NCBI RefSeq assembly: GCF_009834535.1
Contig: NC_045696.1
Coordinates: forward strand, 31,498,001-31,562,000
DNA from: Camelus ferus
Lineage: Eukaryota
Length of the DNA: 64,000 nucleotides
Reading direction: 5' to 3'
Every line of letters starts with the position of its first letter. Within the stretch, counting starts at the first letter, position 1. This document shows, in pieces, positions 1-12,560 of the stretch. Position numbers and translations under genes: made by a program. The notes beneath the pieces are model-generated. The model was not told the origin of the DNA, ran no database searches, and saw only the letters and a program-made list of their open reading frames with translations.

Positions 1-1329
1 ATTCTCTATTCTAACTGACAATCATGTTTGTCAAATAGCAAATAAGTAAGGATATGCCTGAAAACTTAAATTATTTTTGTAAAAGTTCGTAATGCTACTA
101 TTGTTATTTATTGAAATAATACTTCTGTTATTACCACCAACTCAATGCCTAAAATGGGCCATTTTAGCCTGAATGAAAAGGACATTCTATAATTCCATAT
201 CTTATGTACTTAAGGAACTTCTGACTTAAAAAGCAAACAGAAAACAAAACATAACAACAACAAAACAGTAACAATAACAGGAGCAGTAACTGCAAAAATG
301 ACAGGTCATAAGGTAAAATGAACATAACCTAGAAAACAAGATATAAAGGAAATACGTGAGGAGTACATAACAAGCAAATTTTTTTTCCATAAAGTTGATG
401 ATAGATGAGTTCAGTCATATAAAAATATCACCTTTCAAAAGGACAATACTTATCAGTGCTGACAGTGTGCTCTTCTCACCCACACCCTTGAAAAAGCCTG
501 TGATTGCATGCAACTGCTCCTAAATGTTGATAAATGAACGAAAAATCTTTGGCATTTATTGGAGTTACAGTGTCTATGAAAATCATATTTGGCAAAAAGT
601 GCTGCTTTAGATAGAGTGTATGCTATTGATTTCAATTGGAGTATAGACCATTATTCTACTAAAATACATACAGTTTAGTATTTTCACAGGTATTTTATAA
701 CAACCATGACCTCTGCTGTGAAAAAGCTAATTTGCCCAACATACGCTTAAGGGAGAACAACTAATTTGCTTTTCTGAACTTCCTGTCCTCCCCCAAAAGA
801 AGAAATATTACTGAAAATAAAGGAGGGTATACCTGTGTTTCAACCCTGGAAGCTGACAGGTATTAAAATTAAAATAAAAAATAGAAGGTTATTTAGTAAT
901 TGAGTAAAAAGTGGAAAAAATAATTATAATCTAATCTTTAGTGAGCACCTAGTATGCACCATATACTTTCATCTGTATCACCTCATTTAATTCTTGAAAC
1001 AATCCACTAAGTAGAAATTACCCTCCATTAATTTAAAATTTATCTCTATCACCTTCAGAATGATTGAGGAAGTTCCCCACAGTTAAACAGCAAGTTCATT
1101 TCATCCTTAAAACAGGAATTTAAAAAAAGATAAAAGAATAGGAAAATAAATTACAATCCTGATTTTTCTGTCCTTTTATTGTAATATTACATATGTAAAG
1201 AAATATGTTTTAGCTATAACTATGCATCTCAAAGAAATTTTTAAAGTGAAGTTCCTCATTAAACTAGTACTTACATTAAGAAATAAAATATTAGCAGCAC
1301 CAAATATGTTTCTTGTGTCTCCTCCCTGG

Positions 1330-2440
1330 CACTATCCCTTAAGATAAGCGATACCCTAGTGTTTTCAAACCATAAGGTTTTTTTTCCTGCCTTTGAATTT
1401 GACATAAATGGAATCACAGTTCGCACTTTTAAAACCTGGCCTCTTTTGTTCAAATTTGAACTTGTGAAATAAATCTATTTTGCTATGTATAGAAATAAGT
1501 TGTTCATCTTCGATAAAATGTGGTTATTCATTTCACTCTTGATGGTCAATTATGTTGCTTCCAGTTTAGGACTATCATGGCTTGTATTGTTTGTTTTATG
1601 CGGGGGAGGTAATTAGGTTTCTTCATTGATTTCCGTTTGGAGGAGGTACTTGGGACTGAACCCCTGACCTCTTTAGTGCTAAGCATGCACTCCACCACTT
1701 GAGTTATACCTTTCCCCTGAGTTTAAGAATATTATGAATAGTTCTTTTCTAAACATTCTTGTACATGTCTTTTGGCAAATATAAGGTATGCATTTCTCCT
1801 GGGTATACTTAGGTAAAGAATTTCCAGGTAGCAATGAAGATACATTTAGCATTAGCTGCAAATGCCAAAAACTCTAGAGGAATTCTAGAGGTATACATTT
1901 ACCAGAAATGAGCAGTGTACCAGAATTTCAGTATCTCCATGACCTTGTTCAAACGTTATTTTATATATTTAAAAAAATGTATTCATCATGATGGGTATGA
2001 AAGATATAGTTATCTTTTTTGGTTTCTTTAAATTTCCATTTCCATGAGTACTATTCAAATGGAGAGCACTTTTTCATATATTTATTAGTCATTTGGATGC
2101 CTTCTTTTGTGTAGAGGCTAAAAGCCTTTTTGCTCAATTTTTTCTCCACGGATTGCCATGTTATACATATTTTAAGAAATCTTTGCCTACCCGGAATATA
2201 TGATGATAGTCTTTTATGTTTTATTCTTATGTATTTATTGTGTTACTTTGATACACAGATAGAATATTTTTTGGTACATAGTCCACGATTTTGTATGGGT
2301 ATATAAAGCAAGAGTCAAAATTAATTTTTATATAGTTGTCTAATTCACAAAGAAGCATTGATTGAAAACATAATTCTTATGCAACTGTGTCATAGTATCA
2401 ACTTTGTCATAAATCAGGTAAATATAAGTTTGAATTTATT
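1330..2440 (-). mobile_element. Old LINE-1 (L1M-type) 3'UTR/ORF2 fragment, antisense, interrupted by a SINE
   Basis: Antisense L1 3' motifs such as 'ataaatggaatcacag', 'aacattcttgtacatgtcttttgg' and 'gagcactttttcatatatttattagtcatttgg'; heavily diverged. Confidence 0.75.
1580..1717 (-). mobile_element. tRNA(Ala)-derived camelid SINE (vic-1-like)
   Basis: Reverse complement reads GGGGAAAGGTATAACTCAAGTGGTGGAGTGCATGCTTAGCAC...GGTTCAGTCCCAAGTACCTCC...AAACCTAATTACCTCCCCC plus an A-rich tail, with Pol III A and B boxes. A diverged 17-bp TSD-like repeat flanks it (agtttaggactatcatg at 1563, agtttaagaatattatg at 1720). Confidence 0.85.
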
Positions 2441-2444
2441 TATT

Positions 2445-2775
2445 AAATTGTACCTGATGAAAATTAAAAAAAAATTTGCTTTGTGAAAATCCACATAAAG
2501 AAGATAAAAAGACAAGCTGCAAAATGGTGGAAAGTATATGCAAACCACTTATCTGGGAAAAAGTCTAGCAGCTAGACTATATTAAAACAAACACTAACAA
2601 CAACAACAAAAAACAACTCTCAAACCTCAACAGTAAAGACAAAAATCTAAAGAGAAAACAGGAGAAAATATAAATGAACATTCAGTTGAAGGAGATACAT
2701 ATATGGGAAAAATAAATAGGAAGGTGTTTAACATTATCAGACATCAGGAAAATTCAAATTGAGCCACAATGATAT
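2445..2775 (+). mobile_element. Old L1 (L1MB-like) ORF2 C-terminal fragment
   Basis: 'aaaagacaagctgcaaaatgg...gcaaaccacttatctg' and 'catcaggaaaattcaaattgagccacaatgatat' resemble the L1 ORF2 3' region. Confidence 0.7.
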
Positions 2776-2801
2776 ATGATAAAGTATATTTTTTCTACAC
2801 C

Positions 2802-3240
2802 CATAAATGGATGTTGAATTTTGTCAGAAGCTTTTTCTGCATCTATTGAGATGATCACAGAGCTTGTATTCTTCAATTTGTTAATATGATATATCATACT
2901 GATTGATTTGTGCATATTATACCACACTTGCATCTCTGAAATAATCCCCATTTGATCATTGTGTATGATCCTTTTAATGTATGGTTGAATTTCATTAGCT
3001 AATAGTTTGTTAGGGATTTTTGCATCTATGTTCATCAGTGATATTGACTTGTGTTTTTCTTTGTTTGTGATATCGTTGTCTGGACTTGGTATCAGGGTGA
3101 TTGGCATTATAGGATGAGTTTGGAAGCATTCCTTTCTGTGCAATTTTTGAAATAGTTTGAGAAGAATAGGTGTTAACTCTTCTCCAAATGTTTGATATAA
3201 TTCACCTGTGAAGCCATCTGGTCCTGGACTTTTGTTTGTC
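2802..3240 (-). mobile_element. Inverted 5' segment of L1: ORF2 N-terminal RT region (pseudogenic)
   Basis: ORF 2754..3242(-) gives [16 protein letters not shown]...[11 protein letters not shown]...[16 protein letters not shown], hallmark L1 ORF2 RT motifs. Confidence 0.95.
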
Positions 3241-4722
3241 ATAGATTAGAAGAATTAATATTGTTAAAATGACCATTCTACCCAAGGCACCCTACAGATT
3301 CAGTGTAATTCCTATCAAAATACCATTAGCATTTTTCAGAGGACTAGAATTAATAATTTTAAAATTTGTGTGGAAACCCAAAAGGCCCCAAATAGGCAAA
3401 ATAATCTTGAAAAAGAACAGAGCTGGAGGTAGCATGCTTCTTCAGACTATACTACAAAGGTACAGTAATCAAAACAGTATGTTACTGGCACAAAAACATA
3501 CATGTAAATCAATGAAATAGAATGGAAAGCCCAGAAATAAACCCATACATTTATGGCTAATTAATCTTTGACAAAGGAGGCACTAATATAAAATGGAGAA
3601 AAGACCTAAATGTAAGACTTTAGACCATAAAACTCCAAGGAGAAAACATAGGTGGAACTCTCTTTGACAGAAACAGTAGCAACTGTTTTGGATTTGTCTC
3701 CTAAAGGAAAGGAAATTAAGCAAAAGTGAACTAATGGGAACTAATTAAACTTAAAAGCTTTTGCATAGCAAAGGAAAGCATCAACAAAATGAAGACAACC
3801 TATAGAATGAGAGAAAATACTTGCAAATGATATGACCAATAAAGAGTTAATATCCAGAGTATATAAATAGCTCAAACAACTCAATGTAAAAACAAACACA
3901 ATCAAAAATGGGCAGAAGACCTGAACAGACATTTTTCCAAAGAAGACATACAGATGGCCAAAAAGCTCATGAAAAATGTTCAACATTACTAATCATAAGA
4001 GAAATTCAAATCAAAACCACAATGAGATCACTTCACAAATGTTGGCAAGGATGTGGAGAAATGAGTATCTTAGTTCACTGTTGGTAGGACAGTAAATTGT
4101 TGCAGCCACTATGGAAAAGAATATGGAAGCTCCTCAAAAAACTAAAAATAGACTCATCATATGCTTCAACAATTCCACTGCTGGGTATATATCTGAAGAA
4201 AACAAAAACACTAATTTTGAAAGATGCATGCACCCCCATGTTTGTAGCAGCATTATTTACAATAGCCAAGACATGGAAGCAACCTAAGTGTCCATCAACA
4301 GATGAATGGATACAGAAAATCTATTGGTATATATGTATAATGGAATATTAGCCGTAAAAAAAAAAAAGAAATTCTGCCATTTGCAACAATATGGATGGAG
4401 CTACAGAGTATTATGCTTAGTGAAACAAGTCAGACAGATAAAGACACATACTGTACATTATCACTTATAGGTGGACTCTAAAAATAAAACAAACAAATGC
4501 ATATAACAACAAATAAGTAGACTCACAGATATAGAGAATAAACTAGAGTTTACCAGTCGGGATAGGGAAGGGGGAGGGGCAAGGATGGAGTATGGGGTTA
4601 AGAGACACAAACTATCAAGTATAAAATAAATAAAGAACAAGGCTATGTTGTAAAGCACAGGGAATTATAATGATTATTTTGTAATAACTTTAAGTGGAGT
4701 ATAATAACAAATACTGAATCAC
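3241..4722 (+). mobile_element. L1 ORF2 C-terminus plus 3'UTR (pseudogenic, internal deletions)
   Basis: ORFs [19 protein letters not shown] and [29 protein letters not shown]-rich 3'UTR at ~4560; frameshifts and stops; no clear poly(A) tail. Confidence 0.95.
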
Positions 4723-6781
4723 AGAAAAGTACAAAAATACAGTGACCTAAAAATACTAATGAGCATTTGTAGTAGTTTCTTTTATCATTCCCATTTTAAG
4801 ACAAGATTCTGAAGTACTAATGGGATTTTCTGAAACTAAGATATATATTGGAAGCACAAAATAATCATACTAAAAATTATTATTTTTAATAATTATTTTA
4901 ACCACAATTTAAAACACATAATTTACACATATTATTACACGGATTTTTGGGTATAGAGAATCTCACTCTTTCTAGTTTCTATGTGCCACAGTGAACCCAG
5001 AATTCAACAGACTGCTAAATAATAGTATTAAAATCTGAATTATTTCAATAACTGAAGGAAAACTTATATATGAATTTTAAATTTATATCTGGACTAAAAG
5101 CATATATTGCATTAATATTTCTACTGATTATTAATTCAATTAAGTTATTTCAGATGAAGCCATTCATATATCAGTGCATTTTAATTTTTGAAAAAGAATA
5201 ATGTCCATGAAAACATTTTTGCTCTAGTTTTGATGTCCTCATCTTGAATTCATAAAATCAGTTCCAAGAAAGACACACACTTTTTAAAAACTTAGCTTAT
5301 AATATACTAATTTTTCAAGAAACGTAAAATTATTTTATTGTATATTGCTTATGTAGGCAGATAAATAATGACAAATTCTCACCAGAATATACTAAAACAA
5401 AACTTCCTGGATATTAAGAGATTACATTTAATTTCCTCTAAACAATTAATCTAAAGCCATGTTGGGTGATTACATTACTGTAACCAAGTTCACATGCATA
5501 CACACACACACACATACATACTTCTAAATTTTTATATGCCTAATTTTATCCATTTGTCTCTCTCTCTTGTATTCTGCTGACATCAGTTTTATTTGAAATC
5601 TGAGTAATGCATAGCCAAGAGTTTTGCAGTACATAATGTTTAGCATACTTTTAGTGAGATGATATCCATGAATTGTCTGGAATTCATTAGAACCAGGTTT
5701 TACATAAATACAACACCATGGATATCTCAAGTGTAAGAGCAAATTGTAGATTTAAAAACTTTATAGTGGCATAAAAGCTAGTTTGATGTCTGTGAGATTT
5801 TCTTTTCTTTTGGTGGTTCAGTACTTTCCTTTCAAAAACTGATTCAGAATCCTTGGAATAAAGTAAGATTGATGCTTGGATTTCTGTATACTCCTGTAAG
5901 AGTATATGACAGCTTTCCATTTTATTATAACATTTTGACCTGAACACAGTGTCCTTTGGACTATGCGTTTATGACATGAGTCCTTTGAAGCTAGCAGAAT
6001 TCTCAGAATTATGCCTGCTCTAATGTGCAAATGTGCCAAACAACACCATTACAAAGACGTCATTCACTGTAAGACAAGGTCTATTATGGTTAGTACATGA
6101 CCTCCAGAAATGCCAGATATGCTTTATGGATGAGTTTATCTTCTTATTTGCTGGCCACTTTAACACGTGTATGTGTATCATTTCATCTTGGTCTGACCAA
6201 CAAGTCTCTCCCTGTCAACTCCGCTTGGAGTATGAAGTGTGCTGTCTCTGAATCTATCCATTTAGTGCCTTAGTCTGTGATTTGAGGTCCTGCCTCCTTT
6301 GATACTTTATTGGAAACACTAAGCAAGCAGAAATATAAAAAGAGGTAAAGAGACGTGAAGAAAAGATAAAATGTTATAGAGTCATCTTTATGACTTTCAT
6401 CATTTTTTTTATCTTCATTTTATAAAATGAAGCGTTAAAGCATTTTCACCCTTCAGAGAAAATAAGTAAATAAATAAGTAAGAGTGTAAACGAAGGGGAA
6501 AAAAACCCAAATGAACTAAATATAATAATGAGGGTAGGAGAAATAAACTTCAGATGTATTTTGAGGAACAGAAAAATAGAGGAATTTAAGCATTTTGCTT
6601 TGAACACAAATGAACATCTCTTTTAATAAAAATTAAAAAATGTAAAATGTTTAGTAGAAAGGAATTGGTTACCAGTTAGCTAAAATACTTGTAATATTTC
6701 TTTTTATAGTATCCTTTAAAATGTTTTTTAGAATTTGGACTTTCATGTGGATTGCAAGCTTTATTTTGGATTGGTTTAGTT

Positions 6782-6875
6782 CACTGGTCCACAAACTATG
6801 GCCTGTGGGTCCAAATTGGCCCACACCTATTTATGTAAATAGTTTTTTAATGCAAAATATGTTTCTCTATGTGGG

Positions 6876-6918
<43 letters not shown>

Positions 6919-7039
6919 AAACTTGTAACTACAATCATGCTAAAATGCCACAAAGGTAGTTACTTCAGAATCGGAGTAACCCAGAAAGGCTACCATATTA
7001 CTGTCTGGCACATCACATAAAAAGTTTGCCAACCCTTGC
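6782..7039. mobile_element. hAT-Charlie MITE (MER58A-like) containing a (TG)n tract
   Basis: Ends 'caaactatggcctgtgggtccaaattggccc' and 'aaaaagtttgccaacccttg' match MER58-type termini. Confidence 0.75.
6878..6915. repeat. (TG)n microsatellite
   Basis: Directly visible. Confidence 0.98.
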
Positions 7040-8439
7040 TGGTCTAAATGATTCACTTCTGAAATGTCTCTATGCCAGTTCTTTTTAAACTACTTTACAT
7101 CACAAAATGCTAGAAATGTATATTGTTTGAATTGATGAGACTAGTTGAAATAGTAATAGTTGATGTTCTATCATCTGAAAATCATAAAGCATATTTTCAC
7201 AGGATATTTGAAAGTTTATGAGTTATATTTGATGATGTTCAAAGAAAGGTATAATTTAAGCCCCAAAAGCAATATCGATTTTTTGAATATGTGGGATTTT
7301 TAAAAGACTGATTACAGATTCAAAATGCTTTGTCTTAGAATAATGTTCATGGATTCTTTAAGAATAAGGACAAGAAATGTACCATCAAATGCTTTTTTGA
7401 TTAAATGCTAGCATTACATCATCAGCATGATCTAAATAAAATACAAAATTACAAGAAATACTATATAGCAGAAATTTATTAGCATGAAATCTCAGGATAA
7501 TTATTTAAAAGACAGATTTCCTCAAATAGTTTCCTTTTGAAACCTATATAAATATTGTAGTATTTAAAATTAATAACCTATCAAAATATTTTAGAGTTAT
7601 ACACATCAAAAATGTGTTTCAATTGTGAACAGCCAATTTAAATTCTTTGTTTCTCTTTCAATATGTAAAATGTTGATCCATCTTCCCTAAAATAGTTTCA
7701 TGTGTAATATATTTCTTTGTTAAAAGATGCTGTAGGACATCTGTCTTTGCTTTCATATTATTTGTACTTGGAAAATTTCTTTTTAATCATATTATTTAAA
7801 CTAAAATATACATTAACATTTTAGTAAGCCTAATGATTTTTTTTTTTACTACCATAAGTGACTTAGATTTAATACATATATTAGGATCAGCATAAATTCA
7901 GCTTAAATTGAGGAAAAAAAGTTTATTTAATTGTGATGGTGAGTCAATTAACTGTACTCTATATCAATAGTTAATGTATTGGTTCATATAAAATGACGCA
8001 GTTTTGGTTTGTCGGCCTGGCTAGATATAAGGATTCAAGTAAAAGGCAACAGAACCAAAGCTCTGGTTTTTTTTTTTTTTTTTTTTTCCCTCTTTCTATT
8101 TCTTTTGACTTTATTCACAGATGGGATCTCTCCTTTTGGACAATACCATCTGCTTTTACAGCTAACGAAATGGACTCTGGCAGTGCAATGTCTCCTCCAT
8201 GAAGGGCAGCCAGGGAGCTTAAGGCATAGGTCTAAATTACAATGTTCTAACTCTGAGCTGAAACAGAACTACTGAAAAAAAAAAAAAAAAAAAAGAAAAA
8301 GGCTTTTTCTAGATTAGGACAATGGATGTTGGGGAGTCAAAGAGAAAATAAGTATTCATTCAATAATAATATATCACTTGAAAATTGAAGAAAAATAGAA
8401 AACAGCAGTTTGAACCTTATGCACATTTCATGTGTGTTA

Positions 8440-8832
8440 ATTTTTCCAGCTTTATTGAGGACTCATTGACAAAATTGTAAGACATTTAAAGTGTACAATG
8501 TGATGACTTGATACATGTATACATTGTGAAAGGACTCCTCCCATCGAGTTATTAACACATCCATCACTTCAGATATTTACTACTCTTTTTTTTGGTGAAG
8601 ACATTTAAGTTCTACTCTTTTAGCAACTCCTAATTACAGAATACAGTGTCATCAGCTATAGTCACCATGTTATACACCAGATCCTCAGACCTTATCACAT
8701 GGTATTATTTATATGTGAAATAAAAATGAAAGTCAAGCCCATAGAAACATAGAGTAGAAAATTTGTTGCCAAGAACTGGGGGTTGGGAGAAATAGGGAGA
8801 GGGTGGTAAAGGGTATAAACTCTCAGTCATAT
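8440..8832 (-). mobile_element. 5'-truncated L1 (L1MA9-like) 3'UTR with inverted segment
   Basis: 8440-8695 is an antisense L1 3' end (ccagctttattgagg...ccagatcctcagaccttat). 8696-8832 is the adjacent upstream 3'UTR in opposite orientation (...aaagggtataaactctcagtcata). Confidence 0.85.
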
Positions 8833-11109
8833 GTTATTTTTAAAATATGATAATTATAATATATCATCTGAAAAGCATGTGAATTAAAATAACTTGTTAA
8901 TATTACCTTTGAGTTATTTCTGGAGGAATTATCACAAAAGCAAAAGTAGATAAATCACTAATGAGTTAATCAGATATGAATATAAAAGCAAATAATTAAG
9001 TCCACTGAATGGCAATGGGAAATTAACATCGTAACAGTAATGTATGGGAAATAATAATTTTGATTCTCAAAAATATTAATAAGTCAAAGTCATTACACAT
9101 TTATACTCACAGCTCTTAAGAGTAATTGACTCTCAGCTATTTGAATTATTAAAAACTTAAGGTAAAAAAGTATAAATGAAGGTAGAGAAAAGTCATAATG
9201 GCATACTTTGTACTTTACTTTAAAAAACTTTTCTTTTAAAAATTAATATCTTGGTCACTGCTAAATTTACTCTTATAATAATGCAAACTACCTTTAAAAG
9301 AATAGTTTTATGCTTAGGCTTTTCCAAACAGTACACTGGATAGAGAACAAACACACAAAATTTTACCTTTCTTTGTACATAAATACAACTCTAGGTCTAA
9401 AGCATGAAAGTTAATATCTTTATCAGAAATAATGAGAACAAGCAATGTTCTCTACATGAATGTAATATTATAGAGAATATTTTTCTTGTCTTACCACACA
9501 TTTCTTCCTTAGGAATAGACCTAGTCTAAATGGAGAAACAACTTCCAACCTATTGTGTAATGGTATCTTTCCACTGGAATGTTTCTTGCCATCTCAAAGT
9601 TTTAGTTATGTTATTAAACAGCTTCCATTAAACAAGCATCGATGATAAACTACTGCAATCATCAAGTCACAATTTCTAATTAGCACAACTCTTGCCTATG
9701 ATACCTAAGTACTAATCAAGTTTTATATCAGGTATATTGATGCCATCTGATATTATATACGTTGTAATTTTTCAAAAAAACTTGCAAGATACCTACCAAA
9801 TGCACCCATTTGTGAATTTTTCCAAGTTGAACTCCAAAATGAATAGTTTATTTTGCAGGGGAATGACCAATTTTGTCTAATTATTTAGGATCCTGTTTTT
9901 TTCTGAGGTTCTTTCCTATGTTACACTGCCTAATGATCCTAAGAGATTGAACATACTTTGATAATAAAATCTAACAATTTCCCATTTCTAAAATGTCAAA
10001 AATACCCAGAACCAACAAATATCTGAAAACCTATGATTGTCATCTTTTTCTTTTTAGTGGTTCAAAGTAATATCACGGGGGGGTGGGGGTGGGAGGCGGG
10101 AATATCTGTTACTTTTTAAGTCTTAATTCAAATTTGATGTTGCTAAATAAAGCTTAGAATAAGAAGTAAAGTAAAAAAGATCTTTATGAGAAATAAAAGA
10201 ATTTTGAAATTAGCATAGAAATATAAAATAATAATGGGAAAACTGATTGGGTCACATTATAGGAAAGAAATCACCAGTCAAATATGAATTTCTCAAAATA
10301 TATAATTGAATCAGAACACCATCTGCAGAATCTGTTATACAAAAAGGCCTCACTGAGCAGTTTAATGGCATTATCTCAGATTTATCTAAATTGTTTTTAT
10401 AACGTGAGCATACAGACCTTAATTGATATAAAATTTAGAGAAGTATAGGACTGCCAGATAAAAATAAAAACTGAGGGAAATATTTTCATAAAAATTCACT
10501 TTAGCATCAAGTTAATGTATTCATTTATAGGATATAACTTAATAGTTCTTGATAGCACTATTTCATCACCAACATCAATAAAGAATGAGAGAAAAGGAAA
10601 AGAAAAATTATAATCGTATTTTGAACAACTGATGAAACCTAAGTAAAAGAGGCAAAGACAGAAATCTGGAGTATAACTTAAAGAGTAGTATTGTATCTAA
10701 ATATAAAACAATATGTATATAGATCTATAATTTAATTTAAAATGAACTACTGCCCAGTGTAGTGTTCATATATGTGTATCAACAACTGGTCAACTATATG
10801 TCATATCAATTATTTTTTTAGTTTCTTTCTTTTATGACTCACCAACATTACCAAGGTTTTTTTGGTATATTTTCTTCTTCACTCCAATGGATATTTCCTT
10901 CCCCATACCCATAATTCACTTTAATATATGTAATAAATTTTCTTAAATATGTTTCCTTAACAAATATCTGTACTATTATCATTTTTAATTCACATACATT
11001 TTTATACTCTAACACCTATTTATTTCTTGCATTTTTAGAAACAACACAAAATTTAAAAATTTCTCTGGTTTCTAATTAGCATGATGATTTTAATCTGTTA
11101 AATACGATG

Positions 11110-12245
11110 CATTTAAGAACATTTAGTTCCATTTCCATCTGAAACCTTATTAAAACAAGCATAGAGGGTAAAAAAAGTAATGACCAATATGCCAATTAAA
11201 GGAGGAGAGAGAAAGCTGAGACTTGGTGAATGATTTACCAGAACAGAGAACACTGATACATAAGCATGGACATAATCTAAGGGGAAGGTGGATTCATATT
11301 GCACAAACCCACAAAGTCCTAATGATTGGAGACATCAGCAGTCCCTAAGATTGGCTATGGGCTTAGGGCTGAATAGAGAAGGGCTGTTTAAACACACATA
11401 TAAGCAGCACTTAGACCCCAGATCACTTCCTACCCCAGAGTGGAAGGCAAATATTTCTGGACTTAGAATGAACAACAGAGATGGAATAAAAGATCAAAGA
11501 AGGCTTTAAGTGAAAACCTGTAAGTCAGCCATTAGACGTACAAGATTTTTTTTTCTATTCAACACTCAGAATATTGGCACTTATACATTCCAAGCAGGAC
11601 ATTAAAATATTTCTTTCTTGGGGAAAGTCTATGTCCAAAAATAAAAGTCATGCCTTTGAGAATTCCCAACCAAACTTGTGGTCCTCACCTAATTACCACA
11701 GAGTGAACTAGCATTTCAGAATCTTAATCTTGATATAAACATGCAGCTGAGAATCACTACATATTTGAGAAAATATCTTCCATTAGAAAAAAAATGCAAA
11801 GCCCATATGAGAAAAACTTTTGACATATTACCAAATACATTAAAATAATCTTTAAAAATGAAAAGATACAGCATTTATGGAAAAGCAAATGTTAAAAATG
11901 TCAAGTATCTCTAAGTTAATTTATGAAAATAATGTGATTACAGTAAATACACCAATGTTAACATATTTTCTGAAAACTAGACAAGTTGATTCTGTATGTT
12001 ATAAGGAAAATAATTTTATAACCAATATTAAAGAAAAGCAATGCAAAATGAGAAATAAGTGAGGGATGGTCATATCAGATATTAAAATATATTATAAATG
12101 CTCATTAATTGATGAAATGCCCTACTGAACATGAAATAGGCAGCTAAATGGAAAAATATAGAAAGCTCAGAGATAGACATAAATACACTTGGGAATTTTG
12201 TGTATGATAAGGTTAACACCTCAACTCAGTGGAGCAAATGGAAAT
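11110..12245 (+). mobile_element. Ancient L1M(E) 5' region and ORF2 fragments
   Basis: Degenerate ORF2-like text 'gttaaaaatgtcaagtatctctaagttaatttatg...gaaagctcagagatagac'; upstream part resembles an L1ME 5' end. Confidence 0.55.
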
Positions 12246-12560
12246 GCTTCTAGGTTTCAATTTGGTTCCCTTCTCTCTTTTCATTGTGAGGGTCCAGACA
12301 CTGTTAGACTGTTTTATATTGCTCAATAGAATTCTGATACTGGGTTTTTTTTCATGTTTTTCCCTCTCTCTGCACTTCAATTTGGATGATTTCTATTGAC
12401 GTATCATTACTTTCATGGGTTCCTTTCTCAGGTCTTTTTTAAGTTTATAACAAATATTCTTCATTCCTAATATTTTGTTTTTATTTTATTTCTAGCATTT
12501 CCATTTTTCACTTTTCCGTAGTTTTCATATCTCCACTAAATTTGCCATATGTCCATGAAC
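12246..12560 (-). mobile_element. Old L1 ORF1-region fragment, antisense
   Basis: 'cacttcaatttggatgatttctattgac...tctagcatttccattt' resembles antisense L1M ORF1. Confidence 0.55.

Noticed and set aside
1640..1717. tRNA-Ala gene
   Set aside because: Degenerate stems plus SINE tail and TSD indicate a SINE.
2754..4351. ORFs with reverse-transcriptase motifs as a functional or novel RT gene
   Set aside because: Fragmented, frameshifted L1 ORF2 lacking the catalytic FADD region.
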